Assembly (NCBI RefSeq): GCF_009914755.1
Contig: NC_060945.1
Length of the DNA stretch: 64,000 nucleotides
Reading direction: 5' to 3' (one strand)
DNA from: the human T2T-CHM13v2.0 reference genome, Homo sapiens
The notes below the pieces were generated by a model. That model saw nothing but the letters and a program-made list of their open reading frames with translations. It did no database searches and was not told where the DNA came from. A program made the translations under genes and the position numbers. Positions 16,704 through 30,325 of this stretch are shown here, piece by piece; positions within the stretch are counted from its first letter, which is position 1; every line of letters begins with the position of its first letter.

Positions 16704-19219
16704 ATCAAGACTTTTGCATGTCTGATAATTTTCCATTGTATTCCAGACATTAAAAACTGCAAACACTCCAGGTGACTTTATCATCCACTAAGGAGAATTT
16801 TCTTTCCTCTATTAAGTGGATATTGTAAAGGACTGATCATTTCAATCCAATCGTGGGTTAAGCTGAAAATGGGTTAGGTTTTGGTTTTTGTAAGACTCAT
16901 CGTACCTCTGCTTTTCCTCCATTTCTATGATATGGGAATCCTAGCGTTCGTGGTGATGCTGGTGGGGTCTTTGGCTCTTCAGCCATAAAGGATCCCGGGA
17001 GTTTCAGCTTTGCCCTTCAGAGATGTTGACCTTAGCTCTCTATCTTCCCACTAGTGCAGCCAAAAATGTCTTGATGGGGAGACTATCCAACCGTTTGTTT
17101 CTCATTCCATACCCAGAAATTGGTCAGTGACCCCAGAGGGGTGGAGAGTAGATGGTAATGGCCAGTTCATCCTAAAAGGATTCCCTCCTTGCTTTCTTAG
17201 ATCTCTGTGCCTACAAAAATATGCTTTTTGTAAATTTAAATTGTATCTATTTTCTCCCAATTGTTGCAGCAAGAGCACTGGCCAGGACCTTCCACATCCT
17301 GGCAGGAGGTCCCCCGCCCTCCTTTGTAACAAATGATCTAACTGGTGACTTGATTCTTATTAAGCACCCTGAAATTTTTCATTAATAACAGAAGAAATTG
17401 GAATAAAAGCAGATCCCAGACAACTTGACTGTTGGGTTTTAAGAAACATTTAAAATGGTGTTTGTTTCATTCTCAGATCTGAAGAACATTTTATTTGGAA
17501 TAAGAACCACTTTTTACAGACAGACCAGGTTGACAGAATTTAAATCACAATTTCCAGTTCAGTTTCAATTTAATCATTCCATTTATACAAACCACAAATC
17601 AAAATAAAACCATTGTGACAGAAGAGAACCGTTTTGCCTATAAATTTTATCCTTGTGATTAAGACATGCTTGTAATAAATTATTTGGTTTTTGTTAAAAC
17701 AATATTGATTCACGTTACCCCACCCTCAGTCAGAATAAGCTCCACACTGACATAACAGAAAAAGAACTGATTGTTAAAAACCTGGAAAGCAGCCAAGTTT
17801 ACAATAGATTGCTCCTCCTGTTTATAAAAAGCTGCTATAACTGATTATTGCAAAAAATTTCCTCCAAGCAATGCACACACAAGTTGCTGCCTTGAGAAAT
17901 ATGGAAAGTTAGAAATTAGAACTTTACATGTAGTGTATAAATCTAATCAGTGCAAGGAATGAGTGCTGGGAACCCACAAAATACTGTAGGGAAGACTTCT
18001 TGCATGGCCCTTTATTCTTAGGAGTACAATGACTCTTGGAGAGGATCAGTGGCGCTTCTGGCTTAAAAATGCAACAGGGGCTTGTCATATTTAGGTGATG
18101 AACTACGTGATGTTTGTGCTAATTTCTGACCCTTTCCCATTTCCATGGCTATTCGCCCTTTTCAGAACTCCTCCACAACCACCTAATTGGTGTCTTCTTT
18201 CGCCCTAAATTCCTGAGGCCCTTGCTAAGTCCTACCCTTTTAAAGTTATACCACTTCACCTTCCTAAACTTATCACTGCCCTCCCCTTCCACCACACTGC
18301 TGCTGCTACCTGTGCCTTCCTTGGGGGAGACTTGCAAGGAGAGTAGAATAGAAATTCAGAAAATAAGCATTTTAAGGCCCTTCTATCTTAACAGGGAGGC
18401 ACAGCCCACCTTATGTAATGCACCGGGCTAGTCCTGGCCAGATTAATTGAGGAAATGGGTGGTTGTTCTTGCAGAATGAGCTGGGAGAAGAATGCTAACA
18501 TTAATTGTTCACAGTTTCCAGCCCTTTCTTTGGTTGTGCCTTCTTTATCCTGTCATAGCTGGTAAAAAATTCAAAGGCCACTTTTATTTTTTCAATCAAC
18601 AGCTTGACAGGATCTAATAAAAATGCAATCCCTTTAATGGACAGGTTAATGCACTGGCGAATTGAGGTCTAGGGCCCCTATACCTGGCACACACACAATC
18701 TTTTTCCTGAAACAGCTCTTCCCTTCCCATCAAAGGGTATGAATTATTTGTCCAAACAATCTCCCACTCTAAACTTAATACAAAAGCTTGGTTGGTGTTG
18801 AAATTTGGGTGGGGCCCACCAAATCTAAAGCTCTATAGTTCAGGGGAAAAAGCCGCATAGTATTCTAGAATATCAAATGAAACCAAAACACTCTACCTGC
18901 CAAGCATTTCCAGCAGCCAAATACCAATGTTAGATTGAGGTGGATGGTTCAAACCTAACAAGGTCAAAGAGGTGCTGCTTAAAGAGCTTTCAATATTGTT
19001 TCTTTAACAAATGGCCTGTTTCCTTGTTCTTTCATCAAGCAGAGTTTTTTCCAAAGTTTCAAGGTCTCAAAATGTGTAAGTCGCTTTTTCCATATTTTGT
19101 TTCGACATAAATATATTTATTTATAATTATTTAAGTTACTTTTACATATTCGGGAAAATATACATCTTTTTCAAAACACATTATATACGCTTTTACTGTC
19201 CTTAAAAGATGGCATATGG

Positions 19220-19517
19220 GGCCGGGTGCAGTGGCTCACGCCTGTAAGCCCAGCACTTTGGGAGGCCAAGGATCACGAGGTCAGGAGATAGAGACCATCC
19301 TAGCTAACACAGTGAAACCCCGTCTCTACAAAAATACAAAAAAAATTAGCCAGGCATGGTGCTGGGCACCTGTAGTCGCAGCTACTCGGGAGGCTGAGGC
19401 AGGAGAATGGCAGGAACCCTACCCAGGAGGCAGAGCTTGCAGTGAGCCAAGATTGTGCCACTGCACTCCAGCCTGGGCAACAGAGTAAGACTCCAACTAA
19501 AAAAAAAAAAAAAAAAA
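19220..19517 (+). mobile_element. AluY
   Basis: gagaccatcctagctaacac and gagcttgcag diagnostics; TSD aaaagatggcatatgg / aaaagatggcacatgg. Confidence 0.92.
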
Positions 19518-19532
19518 AAAAGATGGCACATG

Positions 19533-20005
<473 letters not shown>

Positions 20006-20369
20006 TCAGTCATCCAACCTACAAACCTGACTCTTGTCCCTTATTTCAACCTTGAGCCATACCCAAAAGCTTCATGCACATTTTGAGATACCTTCCTTTA
20101 CAAAACACCTGAAATCTGCAATCCCCTGCCAGTTCTTGGTGTCATAATCTTTACCCATGGCTGCATCGACTTGTTGGCTATTGTGTCTCTAATTCAATAA
20201 CACATGGATTCAGAGAGACTATGAGTCAAATCATGTCCCGTCCAAACATAACTACACACAGAAAAGTCCTGCATGACACAGTATGTAGGGTGGATATTAG
20301 TTTTGGCTCCCTTTTCTGACTTCAAAAAATGAACCCACCATGAAATAACAATTGTTAACTTCACAGATC

Positions 20370-20570
20370 AGCACAATTTTACAAAGCACTTTCAGCACCA
20401 TTATCTCATTCGGGCCCCACAAGAACTCCATGAAGTCGACAAAGCAGGCATTATCCTTATTTTAAAGATTATGAAATTAGGATCCAGAAAGGTCAATTAC
20501 CTTCCCAACAGCTCCCAGCTGGTAAGCGGCAGAGTCCCAGTAGCACAATGGTTCCAGCCCATCACACAGC
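20370..20570 (-). mobile_element. MIR relic
   Basis: aaagcactttc...attatctcatt...attatccttattttaaagat...ggtcaattaccttccc. Confidence 0.65.
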
Positions 20571-21028
20571 CTCAGAAAAACTCTAATTAATGTAGTCTTA
20601 GCACAAAGTACAGGATCTATTCGAGCATTATAATCAGCAATCATTGGGATAAATATCTCTTAAAATTAACCCTTCTGAATGTGATGCCAAGTTATTAGAA
20701 AGCTCTAGCACCTTGAGACAGTGTTTCACATTGTAGCGCTTAAACTTCTCTCCTCTCTTTCTACAAGTTCACTAGGCTCTTCGTCCCTTCTCTGCTGCAT
20801 ATTTTAAAGTTACAAATATCCTATTATGTTAAAATGGTTGGGAAGTATGACTTTATTATTCAATTATGATGTGACATTATCCCAATAGTAATGTAACTAC
20901 TTTTTAGGATCCACTTTGCACTTACACAACTCCCCTCCCCCACCCTGTCAGATCCTGTCTTTATTTAAAATTTTAATATTTTGCTCATCATGGATGTTTG
21001 TATTTTTTATTTAAAAAATATATTACTG

Positions 21029-21094
21029 AGCCAGTTGCAGTGGCTCACACCTGTAATCTTAGCACTTTGTGAGGCTGAGGCAGAAGGATCACTT
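21029..21094 (+). mobile_element. Alu 5' stub
   Basis: agccagttgcagtggctcacacctgtaatcttagcactttgtgaggctgagg...gatcactt, then abrupt end. Confidence 0.8.
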
Positions 21095-21270
21095 AGCAGA
21101 ATAAAACTGAAAATCAACTCCAAAAGGAAGTGTCAACATTCTACAAATACATGGAAATTGAATATAATCTGCTCTTGAATGATCTTTGGGTTAACAATGA
21201 AATTAGGATGGAAATAGAAAAATTCTTTGAAATAAATGATTACAGTGATACAACTTATCAAAACCTCTGG
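21095..21270 (+). mobile_element. Older L1 ORF2 fragment (end of the endonuclease domain)
   Basis: Encodes [32 protein letters not shown]; homologous to but diverged from 24463-24636. Confidence 0.85.
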
Positions 21271-22690
21271 GGAGATGATCATTATGGCAGACGAGAGGCA
21301 AGACTAGATTGCAGCTCCAATTCAGATGGACAGAGCAGTGTGCACAGGCTTGCATCATGAATTTTGGCTCCAGAACGACTGCAAGAACAAACCAGGAACC
21401 CCAAGAGGGCCCACAGACCCTCTGAAGGAAGTGGACTGCTCCTGCAGGACCCGGGAGACACTCCAAATACTGTGATTGCTCAAACTGCAGAAGTGGGAAA
21501 GGGAGATCCTCCACTCCTGAGCACACATCCCCACGGGCGAAACTGAAGGTTTAGTTTGCAGGACAAGTTTCCAACCTTACCTGGAGCTGAGTCAATTTAG
21601 AGAGCCAAGCAAAATACAGGGGTAGAGGAAGCAGCAAGAAAGGCCTTGGGAGCTCGCTGGGTCCCCAAGCAGGCCATTCCTGCCTGGCACCACAGAGATC
21701 CTTTGGGAAGACGGCCAGAGGCACAGAAGAAAATGCCACAGGGAGAAGGAAGTCTTCAGCTGAACTTTGTAACAATTTGAACCAGACAAGAAGCCTCCTG
21801 GCCAGAACTTGGGGGAGGGCGTGAATCCAGCATTGCAGACTTTACAGAGAGGGGAAGAACCATGCCCTTTTCTTTCACAGCTGGGAGGCAGGTAGCCTGG
21901 GGCAAGTTCTCAAGCCCCGCTCACCCACTGCCTGGAAACAGACTCAGGCCTGTTAGTGGGGGCACAGTGGGAGTGAGACCACTCCTGCGGTTTGCATGGG
22001 AGCTGGGTGAGGCCTGTGACTGCCGGCTTTCCCCGACTTCCCTGACAACCTGCATGACTCAGCAGTAGCAGCCATAATCCTTATAGGTACACAACTCCAT
22101 TGACCTGGGAACCTCACCCCCATCCCCTACAGCAGCTGCAGCAAGACCCTCCCAAGTAGAGTCTGAGCTCAGACACGCCTAGCCCTGCCCCCACCTGATG
22201 GGCCTTCTACCCACCCTGGTAGCTGAAGACAAAGGGTATGTACTCTGGGGAGTTCTAGGGCCCCACCTACCACTGTTTCCTCTCCACACTACCACAGCTG
22301 ATGCTCTCTAGAAAGCACCACCTCTCAGCAGGTGGCCAACCAGCACAAAAACAGAGCATTAAACCACCAAAGCTAAGAACCCTCATTGAGCCCATTTCGC
22401 CCCCCTGCCACCTCCACTGGAACAGGTGCTGGTATACACGACTGAGACCCACAGATGGTTCACATTACAGGACTCTGTGCAGACAACCCCCAGTACCAAC
22501 CCGAAGCCAGGTAAACATGATGGGTGGCTAGACCCAGAAGAGAGATGATAATCACTGTAGCTCGGTTCACAGGAAGCCACATCCACAGGAAAATGGGGAA
22601 AGTACTACATCAAGGGAACACCCAATGGGACAAAATAATCTGAACAACAGCCTTCAGCCCTAGACCTTCCCTCTGACAGAGCCTACCCAA

Positions 22691-23694
22691 ATGAGAAGGA
22701 ACCAGAAAACTAACTCTGGTAATATGACAAAACAAGGCTCTTTAACACACCCAAAACACCAGCAATGGATCCAAACCAAGAAGATATCCCTGATTTACTT
22801 GAAAAAGAATTCAGGTTAGTTATTAAGCTAATCAGATAGGCACCAGAGAAAGGAGAAGCCCAGTGCAAGGAAATCCAAAAAGTGATACAAGAAGTGAAGA
22901 CAGAAATATTCAAGGAAATAGATAACATAAAGAAAAAACAATCAAAACTTCAGGAAACATTGGACACACTTACAGAAATGCAAAATGCTCTGGAAAGCCT
23001 CAGCAATAGAATTGAACAAGTAGAAGAAAGAAATGCAGCGCTTGAAGCCAAGGTCTTTGAATTAACCCAATCCAAACAAAGACAAAGAAAAAAGAATAAG
23101 AAAATATGAACAAAGCCTCCAAGAAGTCTGGGATTATGTTAAACAACCAAACCAAAAATAATCAATGTTCCTGAGGAAGAAGAGAAATCTAAAAGTTTGG
23201 AAAACATATTTGGGGGAATAATTGAGGAAAACTTTCCTGGCCTTGCTAGAGACCTAGACATCCAAATACAAGAAGCACAAAGAACACCTGGGAAATTTGT
23301 CACAAAAAGATCATCGCCAAGGCACATTGTTATCAAGTTATCTAAAGTTAAGATTAAGGAAAGAATCTTAAGAGCTGTGAGACAAAAGAACCAGGTAACT
23401 TATAAAGGAAAACCTATCAGATTAACAGCAGATTTCTCAGCAGAAGCCCTACAATCTAGAAGGGATTGGGGTCCTATCTTCAGCCTCCTCAAACAAAACA
23501 ATTATCAGTCAAGAATTTTGTATCCAGCAAAACTAAGCATCATATATGAAGGAAAGATACAGTCTTTTTCAGACAAACAAATACTGGGAGAATTTGACAC
23601 TATCAAGCCACCACTACAAGAACTGCAAAAAGGAGCTCTAAATCTTGAAGCAAATCCTGGAAACACATCAAAACAGAACCTCTTTAAAACATAA
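22691..23694 (+). pseudogene. Disrupted L1 ORF1p (coiled-coil/RRM/CTD)
   Basis: ORFs 22882-23109 and 23197-23694 (ENFPGLARD..QEAQRTP..YKGKPIRLTADFS..RILYPAKLS). Confidence 0.88.
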
Positions 23695-23771
23695 ATCACA
23701 TAGGACCTACAAAACAAAACTACAATTTAAATAACAAAAACAAAAATCAAGGTACACAGGCAACAAATAGC

Positions 23772-26166
23772 ATGATGAATGCAATGGTGCCTCACATCTC
23801 AATATCAGCACTGAAAGTAAATGACCTAAATGTTCCACTTTAAAGATACAGAACTGCAGAATGGAAAAGAACTCACCAACCAACTATCTGCTGCCTTCAG
23901 GAGACTCACCTAACACATAAGGACTCACATAAACTTAAAGTAAAGGGGTGGAAAAAGGCATTTCATGCAAATGGACACCAAAAGCGAGCAGGGGTAGGTA
24001 TTCTTATTTCAGACAAAACAAACTTTAAAGCAACAGCAGTTAAAACAGACAAAGAGGGGCACTATATAATGTCAAAAGGCCTGGTCCAACAGGAAAATAT
24101 CACAACCCTAAACATATGTGGACCTAACACTGGAGCTCCCGAATTTATTTAAAAAATTACTAATAGACCTAAGAAATGAGACAGACAGCAACACAATAAT
24201 AGTAGGAGACTTCAATTACTCCACTGAGAGCAACAGACAGGTCATCAAGATAGAAAGTCAACGAAGAAACAATGAATTTAAACTATACCTTGGAACAAAT
24301 AAACTTAACAGATATATACAGAACATTTCATCCAACAACAAAATACACATTCTATTCAACAGCACATGGAACTTTCTCCAAAATAGACCATATGATAGGC
24401 CACAAAATGGCCTTAATAAATTTAAGAAAACTGAAATTACATCAAGCACTCTCTGAGACCACAGTGGAATAAAACTGGAAATCAACTCCAAAATGAACGT
24501 TCAAAACTACGCAAATACATGGAAATTACATAATCTGCTCCTGAATGATCATTGGGTCAAAAATGAAATCAAGATGGAAAAATAAAAATTCTTTGAACTG
24601 AATGACAATAATGACACAACCTATCAAAACCTCTGAGATACAGCAAAGGCAATGCTAAGAGGAAAGTTCATAGCCCTAAACGTCTACATCAAAAAAACTG
24701 AAAGAGCACAAACTGACATTCTAAGGTCACAAGTCAAGGAACTAGAGAAACAAGAACAAACCAAACCCAAACCCAGCAGAAGAAAGGAAATAATTAAGAT
24801 CAGAGCAGAATTAAATGAAATTGAAACCAAAAAAGATAAATAAAACAAAAATGCTGGTTATTTGAAAAGATAAATAAAATTGATAGGCCATTAGGAAGAT
24901 TAACCAAGAAAAGAAGAGAGAAAATCCAAATAACCTCATTAAGAAATGAAACAGGAGATATTACAACTAACACCATGGAAATACAAAAGATCTTTCAAGG
25001 CTACTATGAACACCTTTACGGACATAAACTAGCAAACCTAAAAGAGATGGACAAATTCCTGGAAAAATACAACCCTCCTAGCCTAAATCAGGAAGAATTA
25101 GATACCCCAAACAGACTAATAACAAGCAGTGAGATTGAAATGGTAATTTAAAAATTACCAACAAAGAAAGCCCAGGGCCAGATGTATTCACAGTAGAATT
25201 CTACCAGACATTCAAAGAAGAATTGGTACCAATCCTTTTGACACTATTCCACAAGGTAGAGAAAGAAGGAATCCTCCTAAATTCATTCTATGAAGCTAGC
25301 ATCACCCTCATATCAAAACCAGGAAAGGACATAATCAAAAAAGAAACCTAGAGACCAATATCCCTGATGTATATTGTATTAGTCTGTTTTCACACTGCTG
25401 ATAAAGACATACCTGAGACTGGGAAGAAAAAGAGGTTTAATTGGACTTACAGTTCCACATGGCTGGAGAGCCCTCAGAATCATGGTAGGAGGCAAAAGGC
25501 AGTTCTTACCATGGCAGCAGCAAGAGAAAATGAGGAAGAAGCAAAAGCGGAAACCCCTGATAAACCCATCAGATCTCTTGAGACTTATTCACTATCACAA
25601 GAATAGCACAGGAAAGACCAGCCCCCATGATTCAATTACCTCCCCCTGGGTCCCTCCCACAACATGAGAGAATTCTGGGAGATATAATTCAAGTTGAGAT
25701 TTGGGTGGGGACACAGCCAAACCATATCAAACGTAGATGCTAAAACCCTTACCAAAATACTAGCTAACCGAATCCAACAACCTATCGAAAAGATAATCCA
25801 CAATGATCAAGTGAGTTTTATACCAGGGATGCGGGGATGGTTTAACATATGCAAGTCAATAAATGTGATACACCACATGAACAAAATTAAAAACAAAAAC
25901 CATGTGATCATCTCAATAGATGCAGAAAAAGCATTCGACAAAAGCCAGCATCCCTTTATGATAAAACTCTCAGCAAAATCAGCATACAAGGGACATACCT
26001 CAATGCAATAAAAGCCATCTATGCTAAACCCACAGTCAACATAGTACTGGATGGGGAAAAGTTGAAAGCATTCCCTCCGAGAACTAGAACAAGAGAAGGA
26101 TGCCCACTCTCACCACTCCTCTTCAACATAGTACTGGAAATCCTAGCCAGAGCAATCAGGCAAGAG
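23772..26166 (+). pseudogene. Disrupted L1 ORF2p (endonuclease to partial RT)
   Basis: CCLQETHL, IIVGDFN, FSKIDH and [12 protein letters not shown] motifs with frameshifts. Confidence 0.88.
25375..25729 (-). mobile_element. THE1B solo LTR inserted in L1PB ORF2
   Basis: tgtattagtctgttttcacactgctg...cagccaaaccatatca; L1 is contiguous across the insertion. Confidence 0.93.
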
Positions 26167-26419
26167 CATGGAAAAGCATCCCATGCTTTTTAATAGTGAA
26201 GTGTTGATCCTGGATTCGACTTTTGCCATCCAGTACCATATCAACATCATCACTCTCCATATTGAGTTTTACGATGTGTAAAGCAACACTCTCTCTGCAT
26301 CTGCCTATCAGCTGCTATTTTGGGTGAATGTTTGGTCTTAGATTCTTCACCTCAAGGGTCTCACATCTTCAAATGGTCCATTATCGATGGTGCTGATGAT
26401 CCCTGTAAGTCCTCTAGAC

Positions 26420-26640
26420 CAGAGGTCAGCAAACTTTGTAAAAAGCGGGACAGTAAATGTTTTAAGTTTTGTGGCGTCAGAGAGTCTCTGTTTCACTACT
26501 CACTTCTGCTCATTGTAATACAAAAGCAGCCATATAAAAGGCATAAATAAACTGGCATGGCTGTGCTCCAATAAAACTTTATTTCCAAAAGTAGATGGTG
26601 CACTGGATATGGCCCATGGGCCCTAATATATTGACCCCTA
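26420..26640. mobile_element. MER58A-like hAT-Charlie element, complete
   Basis: Termini cagaggtcagcaaact...ttgaccccta; 8-bp TSD ctctagac / ctctgtac. Confidence 0.85.
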
Positions 26641-26959
26641 CTCTGTACAGCAGCCTTGTTCTATTTGTTGGGTTTTTTCAATAGAAATTGAAAGGATGAA
26701 ATGATGTCTTCATACTTGCAAGATGACTGATCATTATCAACTTAATGGAAAGGGTACACTTGGAGAGTAGAGAAAGACATAGATGACCTGCAAAGCCAGA
26801 ACCAGAGGTCCCCTCCCAGAGCCACTCTACACGGAAACTCCCATAATGCCATTAACAGGTCCTAAATGCCTGGCAGAGAGGAGATGATCAATAAAGACTG
26901 GTACCATTATTATTATCAGGACTAGATTAATACAGCATATGTTACTGAAGTTGTTGAAC

Positions 26960-27150
26960 TATCAACTAAAGACAAAAATGTTTTTTAATCAATCTCATCT
27001 CATAGTTTATGGAACAGGAATTGCCAGCTTCCTTTTCATGGGAAGAAACTGAGGCCTTGGTGGTTAAAAACAGAACCAGAAATTCCAAGTAAAAGGCAGA
27101 GATGGTAAAACCAGATTTGAAACCCTTGCCAAGCACAGACACATGTAGGC
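26960..27150 (-). mobile_element. MIR relic
   Basis: ggaagaaactgaggcc...ccagatttgaaaccc. Confidence 0.55.
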
Positions 27151-27303
27151 ACCACTCATGGCCGTTTTCTTGAGCAAAATGGCCCACAAACTATTATACT
27201 TGCAGATTTAGTCCATTTTGCCCAATAAGAATTAATTCTATTGCAGCAACTTGAGGCTCCAATTATCCCTAAACTTTGAAACTCTGCCAGTTCACTAAGA
27301 AAC

Positions 27304-27635
<332 letters not shown>

Positions 27636-27654
27636 CACTGAGAGGTTTTATACA

Positions 27655-28340
27655 TGGAGGCAGCCAGATGTTGGTGGAAAGGGCATGCCATGAGTTGGAG
27701 AGCCTCAGAGGTTTGGGTTCAAGTCCTTGCTTTGGTTTCTCTGTGTTTTAGTTCACTCACCTAATGAAATATGGATCATAATACCTACTGAGTGAGTGTT
27801 ATGGTGAATTCTGTCTCCTCAAAAAATGCGTTGGAGTTCAAACTTGTAGTACCTATTAACATGACGTTATTTGAAGACGGAATCTTTACAGAATTAATCG
27901 AGTAAAGACAAGGTCATTGAGGTGAGCTCTAATCCAATATGACTGGTGTCCTTATAAAAATAAGGGGAAAATTTGGGCCCCAAAACAAATATGCATACAG
28001 AAAACACAAAGTGAAGATGGAGGCAGAGATTGGAATTCTGCTGCCACAAACCAAGGACTGTCTGGAACTACCAGAAAAGCTGGAAGAGGCAAGGAAAGAT
28101 TTTTCCCCTACAGGCTTCAGAGAGAACAGGACCCTCCCAACACTTTGCCTTTTTACTTCCTCTGGATTTTTTACTAGCCTCCAGAACTGTCAAACAATAC
28201 ACTCTGTTGTTCTAAGCCATTTAGTTTGTGGTACTTTGTTACCATAGCCCTAGCCAAGTAACCTTGTGAAGACTCAATGAGATAATGGAAACAAGTGCAT
28301 CACTCCATGGCCAAGCCATGATGTATGCTCCAGAATGTTT
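27655..28340 (+). mobile_element. MIR split by an MLT1 LTR
   Basis: ttgggttcaagtcc before the LTR and gtgaagactcaatgagataat after it. Confidence 0.55.
27797..28260 (+). mobile_element. MLT1B/C LTR
   Basis: ctaatccaatatgactggtgtccttataa; gtgaagatggaggcagagattgga; tttgtggtactttgttac. Confidence 0.85.
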
Positions 28341-28403
28341 GTGGAAGACATAAGCGTTCTTTTAAATGTCTAGTTTCCATTTAGCAAACCCCTAGTATGT
28401 GGC

Positions 28404-28810
28404 TGTTAGTCAGTTTTGCATTACTATAAAGGAATGCCCGAGGCTGGGTAATTTATAAAGCATAGATATTTTATTTTGGCTCATGGTTCTGCAAACGGTA
28501 CAGGAAGCATGGTGCTGGCATTAGCTTCTAATGGGGCCTCAGGAAGCTTCCAATCATAGTGGAAGGCAAAGGGGGAGCAGGTGTGTCACATGGTGAGTGA
28601 GCCAGCAAGAGGGGGAAGGGGGAGGTCCCGCACTCCTTTAAGCCATCAGTTCTCACATGAACTAATGGAGCGAGACTCACTGATTACCACGAGGACACCA
28701 CTAAGTTATTCATGAGAGATCCGCATGCCCCAAACCCCTCCCACCAGGCCCCACATCTAACATTAGGGATCACATGAGATTTAGAGGGGACAGACATGCA
28801 AACTATATCA
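28404..28810 (-). mobile_element. MSTB-like solo LTR
   Basis: MaLR MST motifs; perfect 5-bp TSD gtggc (28399-28403 / 28811-28815). Confidence 0.88.
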
Positions 28811-28829
28811 GTGGCATATTAGGATACCT

Positions 28830-28990
28830 TGTGTATGTTCTCGTCAGTAATTCTTACAATAATGCTATGAAATATGGGGGTTATCAGTCTCACCCACATT
28901 ATAAATGACGAGACTGGAGCCCAAGGAGGTTAAGTGACTTGTGCAAGGTGACACAGCTGGGAAGTGGTCACTGCGTGGCACTGATTCATT
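28830..28990 (-). mobile_element. MIR relic
   Basis: gaggttaagtgacttgtgcaaggtgacacagct. Confidence 0.7.
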
Positions 28991-29208
28991 TAGGGTAAGT
29001 CACCAAGGTATCCTGAATGCAGCAATGACATTAGAGGAATCAAGTGGTCAGAGTTGTTCAAAAGCATGTTCCACATGAATATGTAACATAAGGGATCCAT
29101 AACATTGGAAAGCCTATTCTAAGCAATTTCAGTGGCATACTTCATACTATAGACCTTTAGAAGTATTATGTAATTTAATTCCACAAAAGGATATGAAATC
29201 CAGAGGAT

Positions 29209-30325
29209 ATAGTGGACATAGAGATGTGCTGCCTATCCAGATCCTCCTTCAAAGAAGGGCTTGCAATCAAAACCACAATGAGATACCATCTCACATCAGT
29301 CAGGATGGCCATCATTAAAAAGTGAAAAATAACAGATGCAGGGAGGTTGTGGAGAAAAAAGAACACATATACACTGTTTGTGGGAGTATAAATTAGTTCA
29401 ACCATTGTGGAAAGCAGTATGGCGATTCCTTGAAGAGCTAAAAACAGAACTACCATTTGACTCAGCAATCCTATTACTGGGAATATACCCAAAGGAATAT
29501 AAATCATTCTACCATAAACACACATGCATGTGAATGTTCACTGTGGCACCATTCACAGCAGCAAAGACATGGAATCAACCTAAATGCCCATCAATGACAG
29601 ATTGGATAAAGAACATATGGTACATATACACCATGGAATACTGTGCAGGCATAACAAAAGAACTAAATCATGTCTTTTGTAGGAACATGGATGGAGCTGG
29701 AGGCCATTATCCTTAGCAAACTAAACAGGAACAGAAAACCCAATACCCCATGGTCTCACTTATAAGTGGGAGCTAAATGAAGAGAACACATGGACACAAA
29801 GAAGGGAACAACAGACACTGGAGTCTACTTGAAGGTGGAGGGTGGGAGGAGGGAGAGAAGCAGAAAAGATAACTACTGGGTACTAGGTTTAATACCTGGG
29901 TGATGAAATAACCTGTACAATAAACCCCGATGACATGAGTTTACCTATATAACCTTCACATGGACCCTGCACCTAAAATAAAAGTTAAAAAAAAAAAAGA
30001 AGAGCTTGCTGCCCAAGCTGTCAACTCCTTTAGTGTTGCCTGAGCTATAGAAAGACCTCGCCCAATGTCATGGTCTTCTGGTGCAGTCTACACCGAGTGA
30101 CTGAACAAGAGGACCAGCTACTTCAGAATTTCAGTGCTGAAGGGTCATGCTCGCTGTAGAGCTCCCCACTTCTAGGCTGGCAGAGGTGTTGTCAGGCCTG
30201 TATTATGGGTGGGCATCTCCCTCCTTAGCCTACTCTCCCTGCCCTACTTTCTTCATTAGACATTGTTTCCTACTGATATGCTGCACACCAAACTCCATCT
30301 CTATGTCTGCTTCAGAGAACCCAGG
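29209..30325 (+). mobile_element. LTR16-like (ERVL) LTR split by an L1
   Basis: gatgtgctgcc..cagatcctccttca...aaactccatctctatgtctgcttcagagaaccc; resembles 54070-54460. Confidence 0.6.
29265..29995 (+). mobile_element. L1PA13-16-like 3' end with polyA
   Basis: ORF2 C-terminal peptides and 3'UTR; TSD aaagaagggcttgc / aaagaagagcttgc. Confidence 0.92.

Larger units (their letters stand above)
21271..26187 (+). mobile_element. L1PB (L1PB1/L1PBa-type): 5'UTR, ORF1 and 5' part of ORF2; 3'-truncated
   Basis: 5'UTR start atggcagacgagaggcaagactagattgcagctcc; ORF1 and ORF2 peptide fragments; ends within RT. Confidence 0.9.
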
